From a virus: a stretch of DNA of 64,000 nt. The translations under genes were made by a program, and so were the position numbers. Position 1 is the stretch's first letter, and each line of letters begins with the position of its first letter. Positions 56,501 through 64,000 of the stretch are shown here, piece after piece. The notes beneath the pieces are model-generated. The model searched no databases and had not been told where the DNA came from. It saw only the letters and a list, made by a program, of their open reading frames with translations. Location of the stretch: positions 31,566-95,565 of IMG/VR virus record IMGVR_UViG_3300030419_006954, one strand, 5' to 3'.

Positions 56501-58471
56501 CGTCGTATTAAAATTGTTTGCGTCTAGTCCTCCCACCCTCTCCCATGTGAGCGAGTGCGTGTTGGGAGTGATGCGTTGCGGGGCGTTTCTTTGGGGGATT
56601 TCGGGTGGGTTGGGGTGATTGCGATCTGGAGTAGCAGTTCTTGTAGCACTAAACGGCCCAAAAAGCTCTCTGCTGTAAGGGTGATCTATAAATACAGTTC
56701 TAAAATGGTTAAAAGGTGGCTGAAATTGCTCACCTTTTCTTATTTCAGCTAATACATTACTAAAATTAAATTTTAAATCTGATTTATTCGATGAATTAGC
56801 TATTCTACTAGACAACTTAGTTTTAGCGTATCTAAAAGATTCTATATCTTGAAATGTATCTATGATATCTCTAGAAAACGAAAATACATTAAGGATTCTA
56901 GTTCCCACATACTCGCTCCACTGTCGCCAGTCGGGTGCCCTCAAGTTGGCTCGCCGCGCTGTTATATCTAACGGAACTTTGTAAATTACACATCCATGCA
57001 TAGTTCCCTCTAAGTTCCCATTAGGCTCAATAACAGGACAAGTAATATCAAATATTTCGACTCCTTTGGATTGCAAGTCCGTATTCACACTCCATCCCAG
57101 TTCTGTCCCATAAGGTATAGTGCTCATATGATGCATACGCTGATCGGCGGGAGTAGCACCCGCAGCAGCTACGAGGTTTCCAACAAGTTCGGTGTTCTCA
57201 ACTGGATAGTTTGAGATAGGTTGCTGGACCCCATTTATCGTCGTCCCGTCCTTTCTATTCGCCATTATAACAATAAAGGCGTGTGCGATACCCCTATTAT
57301 GTATTGGCATCGTTTCTCGTTGTGCCACAAGACGGTCGTCAGGAGCTGCATACGACCCCAATAACTGCCTCACTAGGTCTTCGGTCCCCAGGATTTCGGT
57401 CGCTCCCCCTCCTCCTGACCAACCTAAAACTCCCAGCGCTTTTTTTGCTAGCCGCCTTTGAAGAACATTGCCATCGTCTCCTTCATTATCAGTAACTAGC
57501 TTTTTTATCTTGAAGATCTCGTCGCTTATAAAACTTGCTACCTTGGTGTAAGTTCCAGGGAAATACTCTTCTATACTTGTTCCACCTCCATTAGATGCAG
57601 CTTTTAATGCTTGGGCTTGCATACACACTAAAAACGATTCGTTTTTCTTCCGCGTTGATGCACTTTGTGAGTTAAGAGCATCGAAGAAATATAGATTATC
57701 CAAATTGCGAGCTATTGCCGCATGATTGCCTTCAGCTGTTACTGTTGTCCATAGCGGAGCAAAATACTTGTTTTGAGATATCCTTGGTTCAGTTACCGCA
57801 CTATTTATATGGTTCCCGTATTTCAGTTTAGTGCCCCCCGTTGATCTAAACCACATGTCAAATGTCCCACGGCCACCCAGAAAACTGCGCCAGTATTCTT
57901 CTCCTTCATCTGTTACTGTTGTTTCGTTCTGGAACATGAACACGGCCCTATCGGGGCTCAAGGTTGGCTCTAGGTCGTTGGGGCGTTGAGCCCGACGGAA
58001 CGCTGTTCCCCAATACCACCACGAACTGAGTCGCGTAAGGGGTCCAGACCCCTCTCTGGTTGCGGCGCGAGATTCCTTATGATCTAAGGCTCTAAAATAG
58101 TATCGCGGCATCTTCCACGGAGAGTTCGTGGTGGTATTATCCAAACGCATATTGAAAGAGTCAGCCGTTTCTGCTTCTATCTCAGTTACCCTATTGGTTC
58201 GATTTGAAGAAGCAGGTTTGTTTGAAACAGCGACAGGTGTATCATCAAAATAGATACCTTTAAATATACCCAACCCGTCCAAACTTACTCCGTCGCGATC
58301 TACTAAACCCTCGATAGGGCCATCACTTACCAAATCAAGAGTTTCTGCATAACTGTGGGACGCCCCATATTGCAACTCTCCAAGGACAGGGGGTTTGTAA
58401 ACGGGTGGTTTAGCCCGTCTGCTGCCCCCACCCGCTCCTGCGATAGCTATCTTTTTTAAAATGTGGCTCAT
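53537..58471 (-). CDS. Central tail fibre / tip attachment protein J (lambda gpJ-like) with large insertions
   Basis: DLVSDGPIEGL, YPFSA, WDGSFK..WTDNPAWILYDLLTN.RYGMG, CD..V.....DG.GG.EPRF, FT..NV.DG.F.Y, PGDL. Confidence 0.9.
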   Translation of the reverse strand: MSHILKKIAIAGAGGGSRRAKPPVYKPPVLGELQYGASHSYAETLDLVSDGPIEGLVDRDGVSLDGLGIFKGIYFDDTPVAVSNKPASSNRTNRVTEIEAETADSFNMRLDNTTTNSPWKMPRYYFRALDHKESRAATREGSGPLTRLSSWWYWGTAFRRAQRPNDLEPTLSPDRAVFMFQNETTVTDEGEEYWRSFLGGRGTFDMWFRSTGGTKLKYGNHINSAVTEPRISQNKYFAPLWTTVTAEGNHAAIARNLDNLYFFDALNSQSASTRKKNESFLVCMQAQALKAASNGGGTSIEEYFPGTYTKVASFISDEIFKIKKLVTDNEGDDGNVLQRRLAKKALGVLGWSGGGGATEILGTEDLVRQLLGSYAAPDDRLVAQRETMPIHNRGIAHAFIVIMANRKDGTTINGVQQPISNYPVENTELVGNLVAAAGATPADQRMHHMSTIPYGTELGWSVNTDLQSKGVEIFDITCPVIEPNGNLEGTMHGCVIYKVPLDITARRANLRAPDWRQWSEYVGTRILNVFSFSRDIIDTFQDIESFRYAKTKLSSRIANSSNKSDLKFNFSNVLAEIRKGEQFQPPFNHFRTVFIDHPYSRELFGPFSATRTATPDRNHPNPPEIPQRNAPQRITPNTHSLTWERVGGLDANNFNTTLDQNLLPENEGSDDYRLGNDGDENFSDWAGKSFGDWDEDAVPVVHTVYNPNVTRAFITINIGQLSDTLIKDNKNIAALADQATKDAKIGTKFPTVLNLKVETGTLGLDEEGNEGLETPYQTYLYRVVALIDNPTLIDIGNPDYEIDSEKEYVVNLTQNDPNLNAGFALPPTVATKQLLLTANGERGIEAGVIDQDSTEKRYIKVTKLSFETNSVLIAKAVQLTKVTEIIDVPLPYPFSAIIGTKIDSRSFGSIPTRTYDLKLKKVKVPSNYFPTHRDGRDKRYYNTQKQFTSTSKKDKLVYDGDWDGSFKEHLEWTDNPAWILYDLLTNYRYGMGAHIDVTDINKWQLYTIGRFCDAVDENGYFEGVTDGRGGKEPRFSSNIVFDKGQKIFDAITLIAALFRGRVFFGSSEINFVDDQPRTPVNLFTNDNVKDGLFFYSNNRRDEQFNCIEVGYRDRFDNFVPKIEVVEDEESIKEKGIFKKRIEGVGITSRAMARRVAQHQIFSKIKENQQVAFTAGLESLLCKPGDLVLIEDDLKTNITNYGKILAVDPTAETIRMTNTFVDADMSGVLTIMDPTGRDSSLDITTGLGYLKRERYYELSVTGESEEWVRYAGNYGFSGYTQGYPDCNESYDTRYNQYALYTGIPSPISGKMLYFNKGVTGWVFASGSSEGTGAFALGSGDFISQWTGSQTIADIGTGYLVEMTMVGDKRSTDPSDVHLFSGAFDNAAFVPSHTTAGALDSELSALNHLDQLKPLYVTGNILSTEEELTGAGFNNYGSVISGFDQPHLLPYVKLGSVAKFDIQDTTPFIYKVLTMKEENPNEYLVTASKYDTGKFKLIEEDISIEREANTFSYQRAQTVNGITYETLPTPQIASLTTGEPDPTTQTFTISGMWGQVDNSTGYHMSLTHPNGATWNKSIDPSTATGGQFSDLRQVGVFNFCVTALGNKGGDGGNAYFDSQKACSGIFVVYDERNVWDASFLNRLTIG

Positions 58472-58513
58472 TTAATATATATAATATTGCTTACTCAAAG
58501 ACTCGCGAAGTTA

Positions 58514-59212
58514 TCATTCAAACCAGAATCCCCTAGCGTATCCTGCGTCTGGGTCTGGTTCTGGCCAATCTGGATCGGGATCTGGATCTGGACCGCCCTC
58601 ATTTGGTATTCTGTTCGAAACTAGGGTATCCGCATTGGATGCCTGAATAAGACTCCCTTCTGGGTTGGAGTATAAGGGGTAAGATTTAATCGTAGCTTGC
58701 ACTACCTGAGAGCCAACCTTTAGACGCCCATATCCAACAGGGACAGGTGCTCCCTGACTGGCTACATTAACTCTATTAGTAAAAACCAAAGAGCCTTTTG
58801 TGGCGGCAGCTTCTATTTCCAAAGCTTCCACTTCAGGTTTGGGTGTTAACGCATAAGCTATAGCGGCGAATATTACGGCGTTCGCGATATTGGCTAATAA
58901 CGTTCCAGAAGCCAAAAACTCAAAAACAGCGACGAAGATGGAACCGAGGGGGCCACATCCTACAATAGCGGGAACTAAATCAATTGTTTCAGGATAAGTC
59001 ATCTCATCCATTTGCTTCCCCACCTCGATTCTTTTTTTGTTTACGATTATGTCGTAAACAAATCCATTTCTCTGCAATTCTATTATGCGACTTAAAAATC
59101 CATTTTTACTGCAATCAATAGCATGTAGAACATGTTTAGGGTTTTCTATCTCAAAGCTAAGGTGTTTCCCATATTCTCTACCCAGAATCCCATGTAAGTT
59201 TACAATTGTCAT
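58514..59212 (-). CDS. Tail assembly protein I (lambda gpI-like, ubiquitin-like N-terminus)
   Basis: VNLHGILGREYG, IDLVPAIVG, N.ASQGAPVPVGYGRLKVGS. Confidence 0.88.
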   Translation of the reverse strand: MTIVNLHGILGREYGKHLSFEIENPKHVLHAIDCSKNGFLSRIIELQRNGFVYDIIVNKKRIEVGKQMDEMTYPETIDLVPAIVGCGPLGSIFVAVFEFLASGTLLANIANAVIFAAIAYALTPKPEVEALEIEAAATKGSLVFTNRVNVASQGAPVPVGYGRLKVGSQVVQATIKSYPLYSNPEGSLIQASNADTLVSNRIPNEGGPDPDPDPDWPEPDPDAGYARGFWFE

Positions 59213-59616
59213 AATGCAGCCTTAATCCTTTCGAGTTTATTTACATCTGCTTCGATGGTTTCGGGCGTATAAATATTAATTTTTTTGCTATTTAAACTAT
59301 AAATTAAAAACGGCTGACAACAATTGTCTGCCATTTTAACATCAAATTCTGACTCAGCTTCGTCGCCATGGATATGACTATGAAAAACGGCCACCATTTT
59401 GTATTGTTCTTTGAACAGCAGGTAGTTGAGTGGGTTAATTAAAAAATAAGAGCGAGGATCGGTGGATATATTTTTTTCCTGTTGTATCACATACTTTTTT
59501 GTTTGTTCGCAAAAACCCAAAAACCCACAAATTTCTCTTTTAAAATTTTTATGAGCTATCTCTTTGATTTTATGGAGCGCGTTCTGCTCTCCTTCGATGT
59601 GGTTTATGTCTTCCAT
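59209..59616 (-). CDS. Tail assembly protein K, JAB/MPN metalloprotease domain only
   Basis: EICGF, N.S.DP..YF.I.P, VFHSH......S..D (JAMM motif); no NlpC/P60 domain. Confidence 0.85.
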   Translation of the reverse strand: MEDINHIEGEQNALHKIKEIAHKNFKREICGFLGFCEQTKKYVIQQEKNISTDPRSYFLINPLNYLLFKEQYKMVAVFHSHIHGDEAESEFDVKMADNCCQPFLIYSLNSKKINIYTPETIEADVNKLERIKAAL

Positions 59617-59618
59617 AA

Positions 59619-61832
59619 CTAAAGTGTATTTTGACCGTAACTAAACCCGTCTGTTCCTGGGTATCCCCCGAATCTTGGATAGGGAGAAGTAGGGTTGTCG
59701 ATTAGTGTAAGCTCTGTATCCTCGTATGATTCGGTAATTGCCTCAAATTCTCCACTCCCTGAAAGGTGATACCCTCCTGTGTGGATATCTACTAGTCCAT
59801 TAGCAATACTTGAGTCTCCTGTTGTTCCATCCCACCATGCCACTAAACTATTTTGCGCGTATAACATCGGGGCGGTTCCGTCTGGTGTTCCATCTCCAGT
59901 TCCACCCGTTAGGGTTGACCATATACCCGTGCATTCTTCATAGGGTCTAGGCACATGGTCAAAATACTGCTTCCCTTCGTCCTGAGATGTTATGGAGGTC
60001 GGACTCTTGAATAAAAAGTCCAATTCTTCATCGCTAAGGGCTCTGTTCCACAAAGCCCACGGGCCTAACGCTCCGTTTATCGAAGGTTTTTCCATAAAGA
60101 TATTTAAGGCCCCGTTAGTATACCCATTTAGCCCATAATAATGGTTAGAGGCACCCAACCTAAAATATTCAGGCAAACCATTGTTTTTTGGGTCGGCTGA
60201 CCCATCATCTCTCGTAAATACCGCAGGGTCTGCGTTTCTTTCCGCGATACTCGCGAAGTCACCCAACCCTTCCTCAATTGGATCTGGATTTGCGTTCTGT
60301 GTCCAACCATCTAGCCAAGTGGGTGAAAGTGTAGTTTGCACCTCAGATGGTCTCGCAAAAATTTCAAGGTGAGTATCTCTGTCGATACCCTCTCCGTTAA
60401 GAAAACTCTCTATCCCTGTGCTGTGTCTGGTCACATATTGCTTCCAGTCTCGTTGACTACTACCAATTTCCTGCAAATAAGCTAAAGATTGGTTCCTATA
60501 AGTGTTATCTATTGGGTCATTAGATGTCGGACTCATTAAATATCCCATATGATAAGCGTGTATTTCCGTTCCTGGCCAAGCTGGGTCATCTGGATAGGCA
60601 GCGTCAGCAAACACATCAGCTCCGATATTTATATGCCGACAAGTGGGCCATACTCCGTCAGATCTTGAGGAGGTGGATAAAACCGAGGCCCCATAAGCAG
60701 TATTCATGTTAAGGTTAGCCCACCCCACTATCGTAAATGCCCCTGTCAAGTAACCTGTGATTTGCCCCCCCGTCGCTTGGAAAAACCCTGTATGTTGCGG
60801 CGATGAATAGCCGTCCCACGTTTCCTCATCAGCAGGATCAGGATTAAAACCGATCCCTGAAATTTTTACTGCGTTAAAACTGTTTGTGACAGGCGCTTCT
60901 CCCTGAAAGCCAACTAAATTAAAACTATTAAATCTTTTTTGACAGGCGGGAAATTTTTTCGTGCATCCATCTTTTTGCCAATAAGTGGGATTTCCTTCTG
61001 GTGATTGGGCACTATTACCGCTTACGCAAACATAGACGGTTTTAAGAGGTTGTCCGTATTCGGCGGTATTGGTAGAGACTACAATAGAAGGGCTATTAAT
61101 AAACACAATATCCCCCCTTTGATAAGTGTGCGAAGCGTTCCACTCATAGCTAGGATCGTCTAGAGAAAATATTGGAGCGTTATTAGAGGACATATTAGGA
61201 ACTACTCCTGACCCAGCAGGATCGACAAACGGTGAACCATCATCCCTTTCTATGGGTATTCCTTTATATTGACATCCCTCCCCCCTATATTGCCAATAAC
61301 AAAACTTAGCTACTACCCCCCGCGAATTAACGCTAAAATTCTCTAAATCGAGCGGAGAATTTAATTCAAATTCCACAAACACCTTGGACTCTTGGACCTT
61401 CCTGCCCATAATCCACTTTTCTTCTGTGAGTTCGGCGGTTGGGTCTGCTCGACCAAAAGGGTTCCCTCCGTCGAAATTCTCATCATCTAAAAATTTTACC
61501 GAAACTCTTTTTCTTATGATTTTAGCATTAATTAAATCCTTGTGGTTTTGAAGAATATTGGTAATAATATTGTTCGTATTAGCTACGCGGATTGTGGGGC
61601 GTGGTAATTTTCCATCTCCAAGGATATCAAACCCCTCAGTCTCCATGGCTATGGGCAGATACTGAACTCCTTGCCAAATTATTGATTTATCAAAATTAGT
61701 TCCCCCATGAAACCCCAAAAAATCACTAGGTTTATTAATGCGGTCGGGAAAAACTTTAAACAATTCTAATATCGCCGTGGGCTGTAAATCTAATAGACTA
61801 GTAGCTACTTTGTTTTGTCCTTCTGCCGCCAT
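59619..61832 (-). CDS. Minor tail protein L (lambda gpL-like) with inserted domains
   Basis: IIWQG..Y.P....EGF...G.LPRP, KFLD..NF..GNP...ADP, FEL.SPLD, CYWQYRGEGC, C.K...C..RF, RFGGYPG. Confidence 0.88.
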   Translation of the reverse strand: MAAEGQNKVATSLLDLQPTAILELFKVFPDRINKPSDFLGFHGGTNFDKSIIWQGVQYLPIAMETEGFDILGDGKLPRPTIRVANTNNIITNILQNHKDLINAKIIRKRVSVKFLDDENFDGGNPFGRADPTAELTEEKWIMGRKVQESKVFVEFELNSPLDLENFSVNSRGVVAKFCYWQYRGEGCQYKGIPIERDDGSPFVDPAGSGVVPNMSSNNAPIFSLDDPSYEWNASHTYQRGDIVFINSPSIVVSTNTAEYGQPLKTVYVCVSGNSAQSPEGNPTYWQKDGCTKKFPACQKRFNSFNLVGFQGEAPVTNSFNAVKISGIGFNPDPADEETWDGYSSPQHTGFFQATGGQITGYLTGAFTIVGWANLNMNTAYGASVLSTSSRSDGVWPTCRHINIGADVFADAAYPDDPAWPGTEIHAYHMGYLMSPTSNDPIDNTYRNQSLAYLQEIGSSQRDWKQYVTRHSTGIESFLNGEGIDRDTHLEIFARPSEVQTTLSPTWLDGWTQNANPDPIEEGLGDFASIAERNADPAVFTRDDGSADPKNNGLPEYFRLGASNHYYGLNGYTNGALNIFMEKPSINGALGPWALWNRALSDEELDFLFKSPTSITSQDEGKQYFDHVPRPYEECTGIWSTLTGGTGDGTPDGTAPMLYAQNSLVAWWDGTTGDSSIANGLVDIHTGGYHLSGSGEFEAITESYEDTELTLIDNPTSPYPRFGGYPGTDGFSYGQNTL

Positions 61833-61838
61833 ATTTAA

Positions 61839-61848
61839 GTTTACACTT
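61839..61848 (-). promoter_or_regulatory. RGTGTAAW motif upstream of the tail-tip operon
   Basis: Minus strand taaaGTGTAAacttaaatATG; 8 nt spacing. Confidence 0.55.
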
Positions 61849-61872
61849 TATTGTATATAATAATATAAAGAA

Positions 61873-62586
61873 GTGAAAATTACACATCTAAAAGACCCAA
61901 TATCAGCTTGGCCTTATTTTCATTCTTTTTGTATTCGATCTAAACCTTACGACTTTTGTGACATTGGATCTTCGACACTGCGAGAAAGAGAAATAAAAAA
62001 ATCCTTTGATAATTTTTCTTCCACTTGCGATGTTTATTCTGCGGAAGAGGGTAATAAAGTTGTGGGTTTTGTTTTTATAAAAAAAGAAGAGAATTGCTTA
62101 GATGTAAGCTTTCTTTTTGGCGTCAGAAAAAACTTCACTAGCCCCAAATTAATTCAAGGGGCGCATAAAATATTTGAGATCGCCTTACAAAACCATAATA
62201 AGAATTATTTAAAAAGCGAGATCAGGCGCAATTATAAAGTAGACTCTTATAAAAAATGGATAGAGAGATACGATAAAAACGCTATAATCTTTAACGATAA
62301 GGAAAATACTGTAGTTTGGTGTAAATCAGAGAAAATGAGTGTAATATTTAAAGTTGTTGGAACAAATAAGACAACAAAACATTTAATGGGCAAAGAAGCT
62401 TCGTTAGGTTATACCCGTAAGGGGCCGCGCCATGTGGTGCGGGAGCTTTTTTTCGGAGATGAACGTTATATTTTAGATGAAAAAAGCGTTGACTTCCTTC
62501 CAGACTGTGTTTTAATTCACGGGCTGTTGTCAGACGATAAAGAAAACGTCGGAAGAGTAGCACTTAAATTCGAACCACAAAAATGA
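61873..62586 (+). CDS. Hypothetical protein (GNAT-like N-terminal part; possible internal start at 62335)
   Basis: EEGNKVVGFVFI beta-hairpin pattern; GTGTAA motif 10 nt before in-frame ATG 62335. Confidence 0.55.
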   Translation: MKITHLKDPISAWPYFHSFCIRSKPYDFCDIGSSTLREREIKKSFDNFSSTCDVYSAEEGNKVVGFVFIKKEENCLDVSFLFGVRKNFTSPKLIQGAHKIFEIALQNHNKNYLKSEIRRNYKVDSYKKWIERYDKNAIIFNDKENTVVWCKSEKMSVIFKVVGTNKTTKHLMGKEASLGYTRKGPRHVVRELFFGDERYILDEKSVDFLPDCVLIHGLLSDDKENVGRVALKFEPQK

Positions 62587-62786
62587 GCGAAAAAGCAGTT
62601 ATTTATAGGGTCTACACCCGCAAGGGTCAATTTCACCATTGTTACAGTTCTGCCTTGGAAGGGGCATTAGACTGGGCGATTGATTGCGCCAAAGTAGTTG
62701 GCGGTTCCGTCAGGGAGGTTTCTCCCGAAGGGGTAGAAGAAGAAATATACGCTTGTTCCAAAGAAGCACATGCTGGGACTAATTAA
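62583..62786 (+). CDS. Hypothetical protein
   Basis: ATGA-coupled small ORF. Confidence 0.55.
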   Translation: MSEKAVIYRVYTRKGQFHHCYSSALEGALDWAIDCAKVVGGSVREVSPEGVEEEIYACSKEAHAGTN

Positions 62787-63024
62787 ATCTCTTATAAAAT
62801 CTGTAGAGCTTTTTTTAACTTTAAAAAACAAAAAGTTCTATTATGATTTACATAAAGAACACAGAAGAGCAGAAGATGAACTTATCAAAGAAATTGAAAA
62901 GCTTAGGGATAGGGGGGGCAACAATAATGCTGATCGGGCTGACCTCTTGCGGAAGCGGCTCCTTTCCGAACGTCAGCAATTTGAACATTTATCAGCCTTC
63001 TACTCTAAGACTGAAGAAGAATAG
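62770..63024 (+). CDS. Putative inner-membrane spanin-like coiled-coil protein
   Basis: Amphipathic/hydrophobic N-terminus then coiled coil; overlapped by a lipoprotein gene. Confidence 0.4.
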   Translation: MLGLIKSLIKSVELFLTLKNKKFYYDLHKEHRRAEDELIKEIEKLRDRGGNNNADRADLLRKRLLSERQQFEHLSAFYSKTEEE

Positions 63025-63154
63025 TCCGATTCAAACAAAAGATGGTATTTACACCCCCCAAACTGATGAGGTATGGCATTCCGATGCGCGGTATCGTGAT
63101 CTAGAGAGGGAAGTATATTTTTTACCGAGACATCAAATATTAAGAGACAAATGA
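62876..63154 (+). CDS. Lipoprotein, putative outer-membrane spanin
   Basis: MNLSKKLK + hydrophobic stretch + lipobox LTS-C; starts inside the upstream gene in another frame. Confidence 0.6.
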   Translation: MNLSKKLKSLGIGGATIMLIGLTSCGSGSFPNVSNLNIYQPSTLRLKKNSPIQTKDGIYTPQTDEVWHSDARYRDLEREVYFLPRHQILRDK

Positions 63155-64000
63155 GCACCCCTTACGTCTTTATCCCCTCTAAAGAAGAAGCAAGGGCTGA
63201 AATAATCGCAGCTAAAGAAGCACTTGAGAAATATGGCATTGATGATTGGCGCACTTCCATTCATCCAGAGGAGCCAATTGATTGGGCTGCTTATTTCGAG
63301 GCTGCTCAGAAGCAATTAAACAAGTCAGGGAGTGGTCAACATGGGGGGACTATTTTGTTGAGTGACTGGTATCCATTGAAAAGAACTCTTGTTTTAGATA
63401 GTCATGTAGAATTAAAAGGTGCATTTAGAGCAAAGCACCATCTTGGAAGCTCTTGTGGTTTTCTGGCCGAGGAGGGATTCGAAGGTGAATGGGTTCTTGA
63501 GTGGAAACAACCAAAGAAAACTGCATTTTACAGCAACTTTGGAGCAGGGTTACGCAATATCCATATCAAATCACGCAATGGTATTAATGGAGTTTATTTT
63601 CGTGGCGCTCAACAGTCTGCGGGAGTAGATAATTTAGTTGTGCGTGGATTTGGCGAGGGGGCGATTGGGGTCAGGCTTGGAGGGGACACCTATTCGGTTC
63701 GTGATGTATTTAGCGATGCGACTTCTGACCCTGGATCATTTCCGAGGGATGGGGCGGTGGCGTATGAGCTTGGATCAAACAGGGTATATTCCCTCAGATT
63801 GGAGAACATAACATCCCACAATTGCGAGACAGGACTTAAGTGGGGAGATGCTCATCAAATAACCATTGAAAATTATGAGACAGAGTTGACCACGACCCCA
63901 TTAGTATGCACATATGATGCGCGAGGAATAAATATTAGAAACGGCTGCTTCCGTCACACAAAAAACCTCCTCAAATTGGAGAAAATCCGTTGGCCTTCCG
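63151..64000 (+). CDS. Pectate-lyase-like right-handed beta-helix protein (3'-truncated)
   Basis: Open frame from ATG 63151 to the window end (absent from the ORF track): DWAAYFEAAQ...GGTILL...Y.LKRTLVL...VELKG...LRNIHI...VDNLVV...LENIT. Confidence 0.7.
   Translation, partial: MSTPYVFIPSKEEARAEIIAAKEALEKYGIDDWRTSIHPEEPIDWAAYFEAAQKQLNKSGSGQHGGTILLSDWYPLKRTLVLDSHVELKGAFRAKHHLGSSCGFLAEEGFEGEWVLEWKQPKKTAFYSNFGAGLRNIHIKSRNGINGVYFRGAQQSAGVDNLVVRGFGEGAIGVRLGGDTYSVRDVFSDATSDPGSFPRDGAVAYELGSNRVYSLRLENITSHNCETGLKWGDAHQITIENYETELTTTPLVCTYDARGINIRNGCFRHTKNLLKLEKIRWPS

Noticed and set aside
577-63628. Numerous 60-180 aa ORFs overlapping larger genes on the other strand or frame
   Set aside because: No recognisable motifs, and they overlap well-supported genes; treated as spurious.
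1-64000. Alternative genetic code, inteins or introns
   Set aside because: TAA, TAG and TGA all end tightly packed genes; NrdA, DnaB, RecA and DnaE are compact with no insertions.

Overview
The whole window looks like part of a large, apparently lytic, tailed dsDNA phage genome (genetic code 11, dense overlapping genes). I saw no rRNA, tRNA, CRISPR array, integrase or IS. In order it holds: (1) the 3' end of a tape-measure gene and three internally duplicated tail proteins, including a tandem lambda gpM-like protein (1-4270); (2) a leftward operon of phage sigma factor, SSB, glycosyltransferase and Hsp20 (4267-7020); (3) ribonucleotide reductase nrdB-nrdA (7271-9888); (4) a ~17 kb, 22-gene glycan synthesis and tailoring cassette with about nine glycosyltransferase-like genes, Gmd/Fcl, a perosamine-type aminotransferase, methyl/acetyltransferases, a radical SAM enzyme and a 2OG oxygenase (10353-27151); (5) a bacterial-type replisome with RecA, DnaB, DnaG, a DNA polymerase III split into PHP + exonuclease + catalytic genes, and a Clp ATPase (27151-39180); (6) accessory genes including a Whirly-like protein, further glycosyltransferases and a Rad52-like annealase (39191-46823); (7) a leftward lambda-like tail tip operon L-K-I-J plus a repeat-rich fibre (46816-61832); (8) a probable overlapping spanin pair and a truncated beta-helix protein (62770-64000). 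The best candidate for an undescribed system is virion-protein glycosylation: structural proteins are strongly and directionally enriched in Ser-Gly/Thr-Gly dipeptides, and the phage carries an unusually large glycan pathway. A recurring RGTGTAAW motif 8-12 nt before operon-initial ATGs is a candidate promoter for the phage sigma factor. All assignments come from motif recognition by eye; no database searches were run.
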